Source: Acidobacteriota bacterium (GTDB lineage: Bacteria > Acidobacteriota > Thermoanaerobaculia > UBA5066). From it: a stretch of 64,000 nucleotides of DNA. Location of the stretch: assembly GCA_029567505.1 (NCBI GenBank), contig JAKPXO010000228.1, positions 3,376 to 67,375 on the forward strand, written 5' to 3'. A model generated the notes under the pieces. That model did no database searches, had not been told where the DNA came from, and saw only the letters and a program-made list of their open reading frames with translations. Both the position numbers and the translations under genes were made by a program. Each line of letters opens with the position of its first letter. Positions within the stretch are counted from its first letter, which is position 1. Positions 27,361 through 37,273 of this stretch are shown here, in pieces.

Positions 27361-28380
27361 ATGAAGGCCGCGCTCGTCCGCGCCCCCGGGCAGGTCGAGA
27401 TCGTCGAGATGGAGACCCCGCGCCCCGGGCCGGGCGAGCTCCTCGTGGCGATGAAGGCGGTCGTCGTCTGCGGGAGCGACGTCCACCCCTGGTACGTCGC
27501 GTCGAAGGCCCCGGCCGTCCTCGGCCACGAGACCGCGGGGATCGTCGCGGAGACGGGGCCGGGGGTCGTCCACGTCCGGAGCGGCGATCGGGTCTTCGTC
27601 CATCACCACGTCCCGTGCGGCGCCTGCCGCTGCTGCGAGGCGGGAGAGCCGGTCATGTGCCCCGAGTGGAAGCCGTCGCGCCTCCACCCCGGCGGCCTCG
27701 CCGAGTACGTCCGCGTCGAGGCGCCCTCGGTCGCCCGCGACGCCCTCCTCCTCCCCCCGCACGTCTCGTTCACGGGCGGCGCGTTCGTCGAGCCGGTCGC
27801 GTGCGCGCTGAAGGCGGTCGACCGCGCCCTCGTCCGCTCCGGCGACGCCGCGCTCGTCGTCGGCCTCGGCTCGAACGGGCTTCTCCTCGGCTGGCTCGCG
27901 CGGCTCGCGGGCGCGGGGCTCCTCGTCGGGAGCGATCCCGACCCGATCCGGCGGCGCCTCGCGCTCGACCACGGCTTCGACGCGGCGATCGACCCCTCCG
28001 CGGCGGGTCTTCCCGAGGCGGTCCGCGCCGTCTCGCCGCGCGGGGCCGACGTCGTCTTCGTCGTCCCGACGTCGCCCGCGGCCGTCCTGCCCGCGATCGA
28101 GGCAGCGGCGCCCGCGGCGCGGGTCGCCTTCTTCTCGCCCGTCGCGCCGGGGGAGACGTGGCCGATCGCTCCGAACGCCCCGTACTTCAGGGACCTGACG
28201 CTTCGCTTCAGCTATTCCTCGGGGCCGCTCGAGACCCGACGCGCGCTCGACCTCATCGCCTCCGGCGCGCTCCCGGTCGAGCGGCTGGTCACGCACCGCC
28301 TCCCGCTCGCACGGACGGCCGAGGCATTCGCGCTCGCCGAGGCCGGCGGCGCGACGCTGAAGGTCGTCGTCGAGATCTGA
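27361..28380 (+). CDS. Second zinc-dependent medium-chain dehydrogenase/reductase, paralogue of the previous gene
   Basis: GHETAG, CGACRCC, GLGSNGL. Start at ATG 27361. An upstream in-frame GTG at 27346 would overlap the previous TGA. Confidence 0.8.
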   Translation: MKAALVRAPGQVEIVEMETPRPGPGELLVAMKAVVVCGSDVHPWYVASKAPAVLGHETAGIVAETGPGVVHVRSGDRVFVHHHVPCGACRCCEAGEPVMCPEWKPSRLHPGGLAEYVRVEAPSVARDALLLPPHVSFTGGAFVEPVACALKAVDRALVRSGDAALVVGLGSNGLLLGWLARLAGAGLLVGSDPDPIRRRLALDHGFDAAIDPSAAGLPEAVRAVSPRGADVVFVVPTSPAAVLPAIEAAAPAARVAFFSPVAPGETWPIAPNAPYFRDLTLRFSYSSGPLETRRALDLIASGALPVERLVTHRLPLARTAEAFALAEAGGATLKVVVEI

Positions 28381-29141
28381 TGGCGACGCCGAGGACGCGG
28401 CTCGACCTCCTCCTCGTCGCGCGAGGGCTGGCCGAGTCGCGGTCGAGGGCCGAGGCGCTCGTCCTGTCGGGGCGCGTGAAGGTGAAGGGCGTCGAGCGGC
28501 CCAAGCCCGGCACGCCTCTCCTCGAGGACGCGGAGCTGACCGTCGAGGGACCGGAGCACCCCTGGGTCTCGCGCGGCGGCGTGAAGCTCGCGGCCGGGCT
28601 CGACGCCTTCGGGATCGACCCTTCGGGACGGGTCTGCCTCGACGTCGGAGCCTCGACAGGCGGGTTCACCGACGTCCTTCTCACGCGCGGGGCGGCCCGG
28701 GTCTGGGCGATCGACGTCGGGCACGGACAGCTGCACGCGAAGCTCCGCTTCGACCCGCGCGTCGTCCTGCGCGAGGGGGTCAATGCGCGGCTCCTGACGC
28801 GCGACGACGTCCCGGAGCCGTGCTCGCTCCTCGTCGCCGACGTCTCCTTCATCTCGCTCCGCCTGATCCTCCCGGCGGTCGTCCCGCTGCTCGACCCGGC
28901 CGCGGAGGCTCTGCTCCTCGTGAAGCCGCAGTTCGAGTCGGAGCGCGGCGAGGTCGGGAAGGGAGGAATCGTCCGCGACCCGGACGTGCGGACGCGCGCG
29001 CTCGAGCGGGTCGTCGCCGCGGCCGTCGCGCTCGGCCTGGTCCACGTCGGGACCGTCCCGTCGCCGATCACGGGCGCCGACGGAAACGTTGAGCTCCTGG
29101 CGGCGTTCCGGCGCGACCCGCCGCCGAGCGGCAGCGACTAG
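28380..29141 (+). CDS. tlyA: TlyA-family rRNA (cytidine-2'-O)-methyltransferase with S4 domain
   Basis: S4 RNA-binding N-terminus (RLDLLLVARGLAESRSRAEALVLSGRVKV) plus FtsJ-like MTase (DVGASTGGFTDVLL). Its ATG shares one nucleotide with the preceding TGA. Confidence 0.85.
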   Translation: MATPRTRLDLLLVARGLAESRSRAEALVLSGRVKVKGVERPKPGTPLLEDAELTVEGPEHPWVSRGGVKLAAGLDAFGIDPSGRVCLDVGASTGGFTDVLLTRGAARVWAIDVGHGQLHAKLRFDPRVVLREGVNARLLTRDDVPEPCSLLVADVSFISLRLILPAVVPLLDPAAEALLLVKPQFESERGEVGKGGIVRDPDVRTRALERVVAAAVALGLVHVGTVPSPITGADGNVELLAAFRRDPPPSGSD

Positions 29142-29150
29142 AATCGGCCG

Positions 29151-30041
29151 ATGTCGACGCGACCGAAGGCGCGCCGGAAGCCGGTCCGGCGGGTGGGACT
29201 CGTCACCCGGACGACCAGCGGCGAGGCGATCCACATCACCCGCCGGCTCGAAGCCTGGCTGCGCAAGCGCGGCGTCGAGGTGCTTCACGACGCCGAGTCG
29301 ATGGGTGCGCGCTCCGCGATGGGAGGGTTGCCGCGCGCGGAGATCGGGAGACACGTCGACCTCCTCGTCACGCTCGGAGGCGACGGGACGCTCCTCTCCG
29401 TCGCGCGTCACCCGGCGCCGGGCGTGCCGATCCTCGGCATCGACATCGGCACCTTCGGGTACCTGACCGCTTGCCCGCCGGACGCGTGGGAAGGCCTCCT
29501 GACCGACGCCCTCGCCGGGAACGCCCCGGTCGAGACGCGCCGGCTGCTCGCGGTCGACGTGGTCGAGCCGGGGCGGCCGCGCCGGAGGATCCGGGTCGTC
29601 AACGACGCGGTGATCGGCAAGTCCGCGCTCTCGCGGATCGCGACGATCCGCGTCGAGGTGGAGGGCCGCCAGGTCCTCCGCTACCGGGGAGACGGCGTCA
29701 TCGTCTCCACCCCGACCGGCTCCACGGCCTACAACCTCTCGGCGGGCGGGCCGATCCTCGCGCCGACGATGCCGGCGATCATCCTGACTCCGATCTGCCC
29801 TCACACGCTCTCGCTCCGTCCCATGGTCCTCTCGGACCACGTGGAGCTCGGCCTCGCCGTCGAGGGAGAGCCGTCCGACGTCTACCTCACGCTGGACGGG
29901 CAGGAAGGGTTCCCGATCGGGTCCTCCACGCGCGTGCGGATCGCCCGCGCGCGGGAGACGGCGCTCCTCGTGAGGGCCCCGGGGAGCACGTTCTTCGACG
30001 TCCTCGCCAAGAAGCTCTCGTTCGGCGGCGAGAAGGGGTAG
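29151..30041 (+). CDS. nadK: NAD kinase
   Basis: GGDGT, NDAVI.....[17 protein letters not shown] motifs. Confidence 0.9.
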   Translation: MSTRPKARRKPVRRVGLVTRTTSGEAIHITRRLEAWLRKRGVEVLHDAESMGARSAMGGLPRAEIGRHVDLLVTLGGDGTLLSVARHPAPGVPILGIDIGTFGYLTACPPDAWEGLLTDALAGNAPVETRRLLAVDVVEPGRPRRRIRVVNDAVIGKSALSRIATIRVEVEGRQVLRYRGDGVIVSTPTGSTAYNLSAGGPILAPTMPAIILTPICPHTLSLRPMVLSDHVELGLAVEGEPSDVYLTLDGQEGFPIGSSTRVRIARARETALLVRAPGSTFFDVLAKKLSFGGEKG

Positions 30042-30053
30042 GCGGCCGTCGCG

Positions 30054-33000
30054 ATGGGGGCGAAGAAGGGGCTCGGCGGGCGGATCCCCCACCCCCAGAT
30101 TCCCCAGCTGAGTCTCGAGCAGGTCCGGGTCCTCCGGCTCTTCGCGCTTCTCTTCGTCTTCTCGCTCCTCGTCCTGTACGCCGTCTTCCGTTCCGCGCGA
30201 TTCCAGGACCTCCTGCGGCGGCGGACCCAGACCCTCCTCACCGAGAGGATCGGACGGGAGGTGCGGATCGGCGGCTTCGACCTCGCCCTGGTCCCTCCGG
30301 CCTTCCTCGTCAAGGACGTTTTCGTCGCGAACGATCCGCGGGGCCTTCCGGGAGCGTGCTTCTCGGCCGAGGAGATCAGCTTGCGGGGGATCCCGCAGGT
30401 CTCCGAGAGCCGGATCGACCTCCCGAAGGTGAGGGTCATATCCCCCCGGATCGTCCTCGAGGTCTTCGGCGACGGGACGAACAACTTCTCCACCATCGCC
30501 GCGGCGCTCCCGAAGGGCGAGGGCGGGGGACGGGACATCCGCGTGAGGCAGGCGGTGCTCCAGAAGGGGACGATCCGCTTCCGCGAGTGGAAGTCGAAGC
30601 TCGACGTCGCCCTCACCGACGCCGCGCTGACGGCGCGCTCGGGCCGTTTCTCCCGGACGACGCGCGCCTCCCTGGGATGCAGGAAGGCCCGGTTCCGGCT
30701 CGACGACGGAGACGTCCTCGACCTGGAGGTCGGAGCCGACGTCGTCCTCACGCCCGGACGCGTCCGTCTGCGCGGCCTCCGGCTCCGGGGCGACGGTTTC
30801 GTCCTCGACGCCCTCGGCGGCATCGACGACCTGCAGAACCCCGAGGTGAAGGTCCTGGCCCGCGTCCGGGCGCGCGGCGAGGACCTCGACCGGTACTTCG
30901 GCGCCGGAGTCCCGGTGGCGGGGCCGGTGTCCGCGGTGGCGAGCGTTCGCGTGCCGCGGGGCGGCGGCTACCGGATTCGCGGGCGGTTCGAGATCGGGGA
31001 GGGAGGGAGCCTCGGCCCCTTTCCGATGACCGCCGAGGGGTTTCTCCGCGTCGACCCCGAGGGCCTCCTCGCGCACGTCTCCCGCGCCGCCTACGCGGGG
31101 GGGAGCCTCGAGGCGCTCGTCCAGCTCGAGAGGGTCAAGCGCCCGCCGCTCCCGGTCCGGATCGCCGTCTCGGGACGGGAGATCGAGTTCGAGCGGTTCT
31201 TCTCGGACCTCGGCTTGCCCGGGACGGGGCTGATGGCGAAGACCGACCTCGACATGACGCTCACGTTCGGCCCGGGGGGCGTCGAGAGGAGCGACGGCTC
31301 TGGCGTGATCCGGCTCCATCCCGCGTACGGCGTCCCGTCGGCCGTTCGCGGCCGTCACGCGCTCCCCGTCTCCGGCGGCGGGCCCCTCTTCGTGGAGAAC
31401 GGCGCGATCCGCTTCCCCGGGATCCCGTTCGTCACGGCGGGCGGGCTGACGGCGATCCTCGACGGGACGCTCCGGATCGGGTCTTGGGAGCCCGAATGGA
31501 AGCTGACGCTCGACGCGCCCGACCTCCGCGAGGCCGAGCGCCTCGCCGAGAACTTCTACCCGGCGATCCAGGGCGAGCCGCTCCTGCCGAAGCTGAACCT
31601 GGGAGGCTCCGGTCGCCTCGTCGCGACGCTCGCGCGGAGCTTCTCCGATCCGAGGATCTCCGGACGCCTCGACGCCTCGGACTTCGTCCTCAGGAGCGTC
31701 CCGTTCGGACAGACGACGGCCGACTTCGTCGTCGACCGGAACGTCCTCTCCCTGGAGGCCCTGGACGCGCGCGACGGAGAGGGTCGGATGGTCGTCCGCG
31801 GGCAGGTCGGATGGGGAGGGGCGCTCGGGGACGAATACCGCCTGGACGGCCTGGTGCTCGAGACGGATCGCTGGCCGGCGGAGAGGGTCCTTTCGTTCCT
31901 CACGCTCGATCTCCCCATCGCCGGGCGTGTCACGGGCCGGCTGCCGCTGTCCGGCGTCACGCCCCGCGTGATCGGCTCCGGGGATCTCGACTTCGAAGGG
32001 GCGACGCTCTGGGGTCAGCCTTTCGACCGCGTCTCGGGGACGCTCGGCTTCGAGGCCGAGGCCCTTCGTCTCTCCGGCGTGAGCGGGTCCCTCGGCGCGG
32101 GGAGCGCGCGGCTCGACGGCCTCTACCGCTACGACGACGACGGATACGAGGTCCGGGCCGAGGCGTCGGCGTTGCCGCTGGAGCGTCTCGGCGCGCTCTC
32201 CGGCGGGGCGGCCGGTCTCACGGGCCGGCTGACCGGGACGCTGGAAGGATCTGGAACGCTCGAGGAGCCGAGGCTCGCGCTCGCCGGACGGGTGGAGGGC
32301 GGCGCGTTCGGCGGCCGGCCGCTCGGCAAGCCCGATGAGCCGCTCTCGGTCCGGCTCTCGCTCGACGGGGACGACCTCGACGCGGAAGCGAGAGCGCCCG
32401 GCGCCGCGCGCCTGACCGCCCGGGGAGGCGGGGGAGAGGTCGTTCTCGGCCTCGAGGTCCTTTCCCTGGGTGCGTACTCGGCCCTGCTGGGTCTCTCGCC
32501 CGAGGCCGGGCTCGACGGGACGCTCGAGGTCGGCGCGCGGTTCCGGACCGACCCGGAGTCCGGTCTCACCTCCGCGCAGGGCCGTGTCGCGTCTCTCGAC
32601 GCGCGAATGGGGCCGCATCGCTTCTCTCTCCCGGCGCCGGCCCCGTTCGAATGGTCCGCAGGAAAGCTCTCGTGGGCCGGCGCGCGGATCGGCGCGCGGC
32701 GGACGGCGGGAGACGGGCCGGCGCTTCCGGAAGGAGAGGTCACGATCGACGGGAGCCTCGAGACCGGCGGCGCGGGCGCGATCGACGTGCGGGCCGCCGG
32801 GACGATGGAGGCGGCCTTCCTCGCGCCCTTCCTCGGCGTCGCGAGCCTCGAAGGCCGGATGGCGGTGTCGGCCACGGCCTCGGGGACGACGGCGCGGCCG
32901 GTCTTCGAGGGGAGGGTCGTCCTGGAGGACCTCGAGCTCGTCACGTCGCCCGGAGAGGAGCCCGTGGAGGCGATCTCGGGGACGATCCTGCTGACGCCGG

Positions 33001-34079
33001 GCCGCGTCACGACAGACGACCTGACCCTTCGCTGGAACGGCGACGTCGCGGTCGCCGGAGCGGCGACCCTCGACGGCTTCGCCATGACCGGGATGCGCCT
33101 GAACGTCCACCTCGACGGGCTCCGCGGCGAGCCGTTCCCCGGCCTTCGCTCGACCGTCTCGGGCGACCTCGTCCTCCTCGGCGACGACGAGCTCCGCTCG
33201 GCCCGCGGCGAGCTCACGATGACCCGGGGCCTCTACGCCGAGGACCTCGACCTCTCTCTCCAGTCGCTCCTCGGTGGCCGGCGCGGCGCCGCGGAGGCTC
33301 CTCCCGAGCCGACCCGCTTCGACGACGTCGACCTCGAGGTCCGCGTCGCGATCCCGCCGGGGGCCCTCGAGGTCCGCAACAACGTGGCCCGACTTCGCGG
33401 CTCCGGCGACCTGACGGTCCGCGGCACGTTCGGCCACCCGCTCCTGCTCGGGACGATCGAGGCGACCGAAGGGGGGCGCCTGGAGCTTCGCGGCCTGCGC
33501 TACGACGTCACGCGCGCCAAGCTGGTCTTCGCGAACCCCGCGGCGAACGACCCCTACTTCGAGCTGGAGGCGCGAACGCAGGTCAAGGAGTACGCGATCA
33601 CGCTCGGCGTCACCGGCACGGCCTCCCGGATCGTCCCGCGCTTCACGTCGTACCCGCAGCTCCCCGAGGCGCAGATCGTCTCGATCCTCGCGACGGGAGA
33701 GATCCCGAGCACGACGGCCGGGAGCGTCGGCTCCGTCTCGCCCGTGTCGACCGACCAGGACATCGTGGCGGCCGCACGCGAGCTGATCACGGGGCTCGCC
33801 ACCGACGCCGCCGCGAGCCGGACGAAGGAGTTCCTCCGCCTCGACCGCCTCCAGATCGACCCCGTCTTCATCGGGTCCACGTTCGACGCGCCCCGGCTCA
33901 CCGTTGCCAAGCGTCTCTCGAACGACCTGACGGTCACCTACTCCTACAAGGCCTCGACGGACCAGGAGCAGGTCCTCCTCGTCGAGTACCAGCTCTCCCC
34001 GGCGGCCTTCCTCCAGCTCCTCCGGGACGAGAACGGCGTCTACTCGGCGGAGGTGAAGATCCGTCAGAGGCTCCGTTGA
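30054..34079 (+). CDS. tamB: Translocation and assembly module subunit TamB (AsmA-like, DUF490 C-terminus)
   Basis: 1341 aa. N-terminal signal-anchor, long beta-rich body, C-terminal DUF490 signature ...RLSNDLTVTYSYKASTDQEQVLLVEYQLSPAAFLQLLRDENGVYSAEVKIRQRL. Confidence 0.8.
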   Translation: MGAKKGLGGRIPHPQIPQLSLEQVRVLRLFALLFVFSLLVLYAVFRSARFQDLLRRRTQTLLTERIGREVRIGGFDLALVPPAFLVKDVFVANDPRGLPGACFSAEEISLRGIPQVSESRIDLPKVRVISPRIVLEVFGDGTNNFSTIAAALPKGEGGGRDIRVRQAVLQKGTIRFREWKSKLDVALTDAALTARSGRFSRTTRASLGCRKARFRLDDGDVLDLEVGADVVLTPGRVRLRGLRLRGDGFVLDALGGIDDLQNPEVKVLARVRARGEDLDRYFGAGVPVAGPVSAVASVRVPRGGGYRIRGRFEIGEGGSLGPFPMTAEGFLRVDPEGLLAHVSRAAYAGGSLEALVQLERVKRPPLPVRIAVSGREIEFERFFSDLGLPGTGLMAKTDLDMTLTFGPGGVERSDGSGVIRLHPAYGVPSAVRGRHALPVSGGGPLFVENGAIRFPGIPFVTAGGLTAILDGTLRIGSWEPEWKLTLDAPDLREAERLAENFYPAIQGEPLLPKLNLGGSGRLVATLARSFSDPRISGRLDASDFVLRSVPFGQTTADFVVDRNVLSLEALDARDGEGRMVVRGQVGWGGALGDEYRLDGLVLETDRWPAERVLSFLTLDLPIAGRVTGRLPLSGVTPRVIGSGDLDFEGATLWGQPFDRVSGTLGFEAEALRLSGVSGSLGAGSARLDGLYRYDDDGYEVRAEASALPLERLGALSGGAAGLTGRLTGTLEGSGTLEEPRLALAGRVEGGAFGGRPLGKPDEPLSVRLSLDGDDLDAEARAPGAARLTARGGGGEVVLGLEVLSLGAYSALLGLSPEAGLDGTLEVGARFRTDPESGLTSAQGRVASLDARMGPHRFSLPAPAPFEWSAGKLSWAGARIGARRTAGDGPALPEGEVTIDGSLETGGAGAIDVRAAGTMEAAFLAPFLGVASLEGRMAVSATASGTTARPVFEGRVVLEDLELVTSPGEEPVEAISGTILLTPGRVTTDDLTLRWNGDVAVAGAATLDGFAMTGMRLNVHLDGLRGEPFPGLRSTVSGDLVLLGDDELRSARGELTMTRGLYAEDLDLSLQSLLGGRRGAAEAPPEPTRFDDVDLEVRVAIPPGALEVRNNVARLRGSGDLTVRGTFGHPLLLGTIEATEGGRLELRGLRYDVTRAKLVFANPAANDPYFELEARTQVKEYAITLGVTGTASRIVPRFTSYPQLPEAQIVSILATGEIPSTTAGSVGSVSPVSTDQDIVAAARELITGLATDAAASRTKEFLRLDRLQIDPVFIGSTFDAPRLTVAKRLSNDLTVTYSYKASTDQEQVLLVEYQLSPAAFLQLLRDENGVYSAEVKIRQRLR

Positions 34080-36862
34080 AGACGCGCTTCCTCCTCGCCG
34101 CGCTCCTCGTCCTCGCCGCGCTCCCGGCGGGTGGGGAGGAGCTCTGGGGCCGGCGCATCGAGTCGCTCGCCTTCCGGGGCGACGCGCCGGTCGAGGAGGC
34201 GTCGTTCGCGCGCCTCACTGACCTCGGCCCCGGGCAGGTGCTGACGAAGAGCGCCGTCCACTCGTCGCTCCGGAACCTCTTCGCCACCGGACGCTTCGCC
34301 GACCTCGCCGTGGAGGCGGCGCCGTCGCCGGACGGTGCCGTCGTCACGATCGTCTTCGCCGCCGCGGCTCGCGTCGCCGAGGTCGAGGTGGCGGGGGAGC
34401 GGATCCCGGTGAAGGGCCGGGTCCTCGACGCCCTGAAGACCCGCCCGCGCGACCGCTGGACCGAGGAGCGCGGCCGGACGGCGACGCGGGCGGCGCTTCG
34501 CGTCCTCGAGGAGCGCGGCTATTTCGAGGCCGAGGTAACGCCGTGGGTCTCGCCCGGGCCCGACGACACCTCGGTGAACGTCCGGTTCGAGGTCGTGGCG
34601 GGCCGGCCGGCCGCGCCGGCGCCGGCGGAGTTCGCAGGGGACCTGGGACCGCTCACGGCCGACGAGCTCCGGCGGAAGGGGAAGCTCCGGAAGGAGCGGA
34701 CGTTCCGGGAGGCGGTCGCGAGGGAGGACGCGGAGCGCTACGCGGCGCTCTACCACAGCCTGGGCCGCTCCCGAGCGGAAGTGCGCTACGAGGGCGTGTC
34801 TTACGAGAAGGGCTCGGGCCTCGCGACGGCCCGTTACGCCGTCTTCGCGGGCCCCGACGTCGTCCTCGACGTGACGGGGATCGCCGAGGCGGAGGTCCGA
34901 CGGCATCCGTCGTCTCCCTGGGCGAAAGGGGACCCGCCCGACGCCGACGCCCTCGAGCGGCTCCGCACGGCGCTCCGGGAGGGGCTCCAGCGGAAGGGCT
35001 ACGCGCGCGCCGAGGTCGACGTCGACGTCGAGGTCTCCTCGGACCGCGAGGAAGTCCGCCTTCACGCCGAGCGAGGCGAACGCTGGGTCGTGGGGCGGAC
35101 CGTCGTCGAGGGGACGTGCGCGGTCCCCGAGAGGTCGCTCCTGGCCGTGCTTCGGACCCGGCCGCGGGGGATCTTCGAGACGGGGCGTCTCGTCGACTCG
35201 GATCTCGCGGCCGATCGCGCCTCGCTCCTCGCGGTCTACCGTGCCCGCGGCTTCCCGGACGCGAAGGTGACCGCCGAGGTCCTCGGCGGGGCGCTCCCGT
35301 ACGAGCTCGACGTCCGCTTCCACGTGGACGAGGGACCGGCCGCCTGGCTCGGCCGCGTCTCGATCGAAGGGCTCGCCACGATCGACACCGCCACGGTCTC
35401 ACGGCGCCTGCGCGTGCGGCACGGCGGTCCGTATCTCCAGGAGGACGTCGACGCGGACCTCGCGTCCCTCCGGTCGGCGCTGGGGGATGGCGGCTTCCCG
35501 GACGGACGCGTCGAGGCGCGTGCCTCGCGGCGACCCGCGGAGCCCGGAGCGCCGATCGTCGTCGACGTCGTCTACGAGGTCTCCGAGGGACCGCGGGCGG
35601 TCTTCGGGAAGACGATCCTCCGGGGAGCGCGGGCGACGCGCCTCTCCGTCCTCGAGCGCGAGCTCGCGTACGAGGAAGGGACGCCGTTCTCGATGGCGAG
35701 GCTCATCCGCACCCAGCAGAACCTCGACCGGCTCGGCGTCTTCTCCCGCGTCGACGTCTCCGGCCTCTCCCCGGAGCCGGGCGGCCCCGCCCGCTCGATC
35801 CTCGTCCAGGTGGAGGAGGCGAAGCCCTGGAGCCTCCTCTACGGCCTCGGCGTCGAGTACGACGAGCGGGCCGAGAAGGCCTTCAACCCGCGCCTCTCAC
35901 TCGCCCTGACGCACGCGAACCTCTTCGGACGGGCGATCGCCGGCGTGGTCGAGGCGCGCTCCTCGCGGAGGGACACGCGGGTCCTCGTCCGCCTCGCCGA
36001 CCGGTCGGTCTTCGACTCCGGACTGGCGGGCACGATCACCGGCTACGTCGCCGAGGAGATCCGGCAGTCCTACAGCGTCCGGCGCGGCGGGGCCTTCTTC
36101 GAGGCGAGCCGCGTCTTCGCCGGGACGGTCAAGGGGGCGCTGCGGTACCAGTACGAGATCGTGGAGCCCGACGCGCCGGACGACTCAATCCTTTCGGAGA
36201 TCGAACGGCAGGACCAGCGGATCTTCATCAACTCCATCGGAGCGAGCGCCGTCGTCGACCGTCGGGACGACCCGATCGTCCCGACGAAGGGTTTCTTCGC
36301 CGCGGCGGAGGGGAAGTGGGCCTTCCCGGCCGCCTCGGCGGACGCGCATTTCCTGAAGGGCTCGACGCAGCTCTCTCTCTACCGGCCGTTCCGCGGCGGG
36401 ACGCTCGCCGCGGGCGTTCGGGCGGGCCTGACGGAGTCTCTCGTCACGTGTAACCCGGAGGCGAACCCGGGGTGTCTCCCGAACCTCGACACGCCGATCG
36501 TCGAGAGGGTCTTCGCCGGCGGCCGGACGACGCACCGCTCGTTCCCTCTCGACGACCTCGGAGTGCCGGGCCAGACTCTGAAGGACGGGCGGGGCATCGG
36601 AGGGAACGCCTTCCTCCTGGCGAACCTGGAGTGGCGGGTGCCGCTCACGGGAGGGCTCGGGGTCGTCCTCTTCGCCGACTGGGGAAACGTCTGGGCCGGC
36701 CCGGCCTACGTGAGGCTCCCGGAGGGGCGCTGGGGCGCCGGCCTCGGGATCCACTACCTGACGCCGGTCGGTCCCTTCCGGCTCGAATACGGCTTCCGCC
36801 TCGATCGAAAGAAGGACGAGGACACGGGGGCGCTCAGCTTCAGCATCGGCTACCCGTTCTGA
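34076..36862 (+). CDS. tamA: Omp85-family outer-membrane protein (TamA/BamA-like; POTRA repeats plus 16-strand barrel)
   Basis: TTG start overlapping the tamB stop (TTGA). Signal peptide LLAALLVLAALPAGG, several POTRA-like units, C-terminal barrel ending ...LSFSIGYPF. Confidence 0.8.
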   Translation: MKTRFLLAALLVLAALPAGGEELWGRRIESLAFRGDAPVEEASFARLTDLGPGQVLTKSAVHSSLRNLFATGRFADLAVEAAPSPDGAVVTIVFAAAARVAEVEVAGERIPVKGRVLDALKTRPRDRWTEERGRTATRAALRVLEERGYFEAEVTPWVSPGPDDTSVNVRFEVVAGRPAAPAPAEFAGDLGPLTADELRRKGKLRKERTFREAVAREDAERYAALYHSLGRSRAEVRYEGVSYEKGSGLATARYAVFAGPDVVLDVTGIAEAEVRRHPSSPWAKGDPPDADALERLRTALREGLQRKGYARAEVDVDVEVSSDREEVRLHAERGERWVVGRTVVEGTCAVPERSLLAVLRTRPRGIFETGRLVDSDLAADRASLLAVYRARGFPDAKVTAEVLGGALPYELDVRFHVDEGPAAWLGRVSIEGLATIDTATVSRRLRVRHGGPYLQEDVDADLASLRSALGDGGFPDGRVEARASRRPAEPGAPIVVDVVYEVSEGPRAVFGKTILRGARATRLSVLERELAYEEGTPFSMARLIRTQQNLDRLGVFSRVDVSGLSPEPGGPARSILVQVEEAKPWSLLYGLGVEYDERAEKAFNPRLSLALTHANLFGRAIAGVVEARSSRRDTRVLVRLADRSVFDSGLAGTITGYVAEEIRQSYSVRRGGAFFEASRVFAGTVKGALRYQYEIVEPDAPDDSILSEIERQDQRIFINSIGASAVVDRRDDPIVPTKGFFAAAEGKWAFPAASADAHFLKGSTQLSLYRPFRGGTLAAGVRAGLTESLVTCNPEANPGCLPNLDTPIVERVFAGGRTTHRSFPLDDLGVPGQTLKDGRGIGGNAFLLANLEWRVPLTGGLGVVLFADWGNVWAGPAYVRLPEGRWGAGLGIHYLTPVGPFRLEYGFRLDRKKDEDTGALSFSIGYPF

Positions 36863-36895
36863 CGAGGCGCGGCGGTGACCGGGCGCTCCGCCCGC

Positions 36896-36923
36896 TTGCG
36901 TCGGAGAGGCTCCTGCGTATAAT
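36896..36923 (+). promoter_or_regulatory. Sigma70 promoter for tRNA-Asp (TTGCGT-16-TATAAT)
   Basis: Perfect TATAAT hexamer at 36918-36923, which is rare in this GC-rich DNA. It lies 35 nt upstream of the tRNA 5' end. Confidence 0.5.
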
Positions 36924-36957
36924 GCGCGTCCGCCCGTAAGGGCCGGTCTTTCGAAAC

Positions 36958-37034
36958 GGGGTCGTAGTTCAGTTGGTTAGAACGCAGGCCTGTCACGCCT
37001 GAGGTCGCGGGTTCGAGCCCCGTCGGCCCCGCCA
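36958..37034 (+). tRNA. tRNA-Asp (anticodon GTC)
   Basis: Acceptor GGGGTCG/CGGCCCC, D-arm AGTTCAGTTGGTTAGAAC, anticodon loop CTGTCAC, T-arm GGTTCGAGCCC, discriminator G, encoded CCA. Confidence 0.9.
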
Positions 37035-37062
37035 TTTCGAGAGACGACGAGGACTGGGAGAG

Positions 37063-37086
37063 CGGCGGGAAGACCCGCCGTTTTTT
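37063..37086 (+). terminator. Rho-independent terminator of tRNA-Asp
   Basis: cggcggg-aaga-cccgccg followed by TTTTTT. Confidence 0.7.
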
Positions 37087-37273
37087 CGTCTCCGGCCTTC
37101 CCGGGTCGCCGCGGACCGCCGGCGGGATCGCGCCGGGCGGGTCGCGGAGCCCCTGCCGGAGCTCCACGACGCGCTGCTAGACTTCGCCGCTCGCGGGATG
37201 AACGCCCACTCCTCTTCCTCGACGTCGCGAACGCATCCTCGTCCGGTCCCGGAAGCGGGCCGGTGAGCGGACC

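Noticed and set aside
28212-33437. A 1741-aa minus-strand ORF and many other long antisense ORFs, for example 3566-4981, 5072-8677, 10203-13190, 12688-16638, 20483-22741, 22668-24503, 24169-26865, 40235-43474 and 50219-52144
   Set aside because: All are opposite well-supported genes with clear family motifs. Their translations are Arg/Pro/Gly/Asp low-complexity strings with no domain signatures. Such stop-free antisense frames are expected in ~70%-GC DNA.
32651-34075. N-terminal 475 aa of the 1403-aa ORF that contains the Omp85 gene
   Set aside because: It is out of frame with and inside tamB and is low-complexity. The real Omp85 gene begins at the TTG overlapping the tamB stop, with a signal peptide.
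36896-37086. tRNA-Asp as part of a larger tRNA operon or a mobile-element attachment site
   Set aside because: It has its own consensus promoter and intrinsic terminator, and neighbouring genes are unrelated housekeeping genes. Nothing suggests a mobile element.
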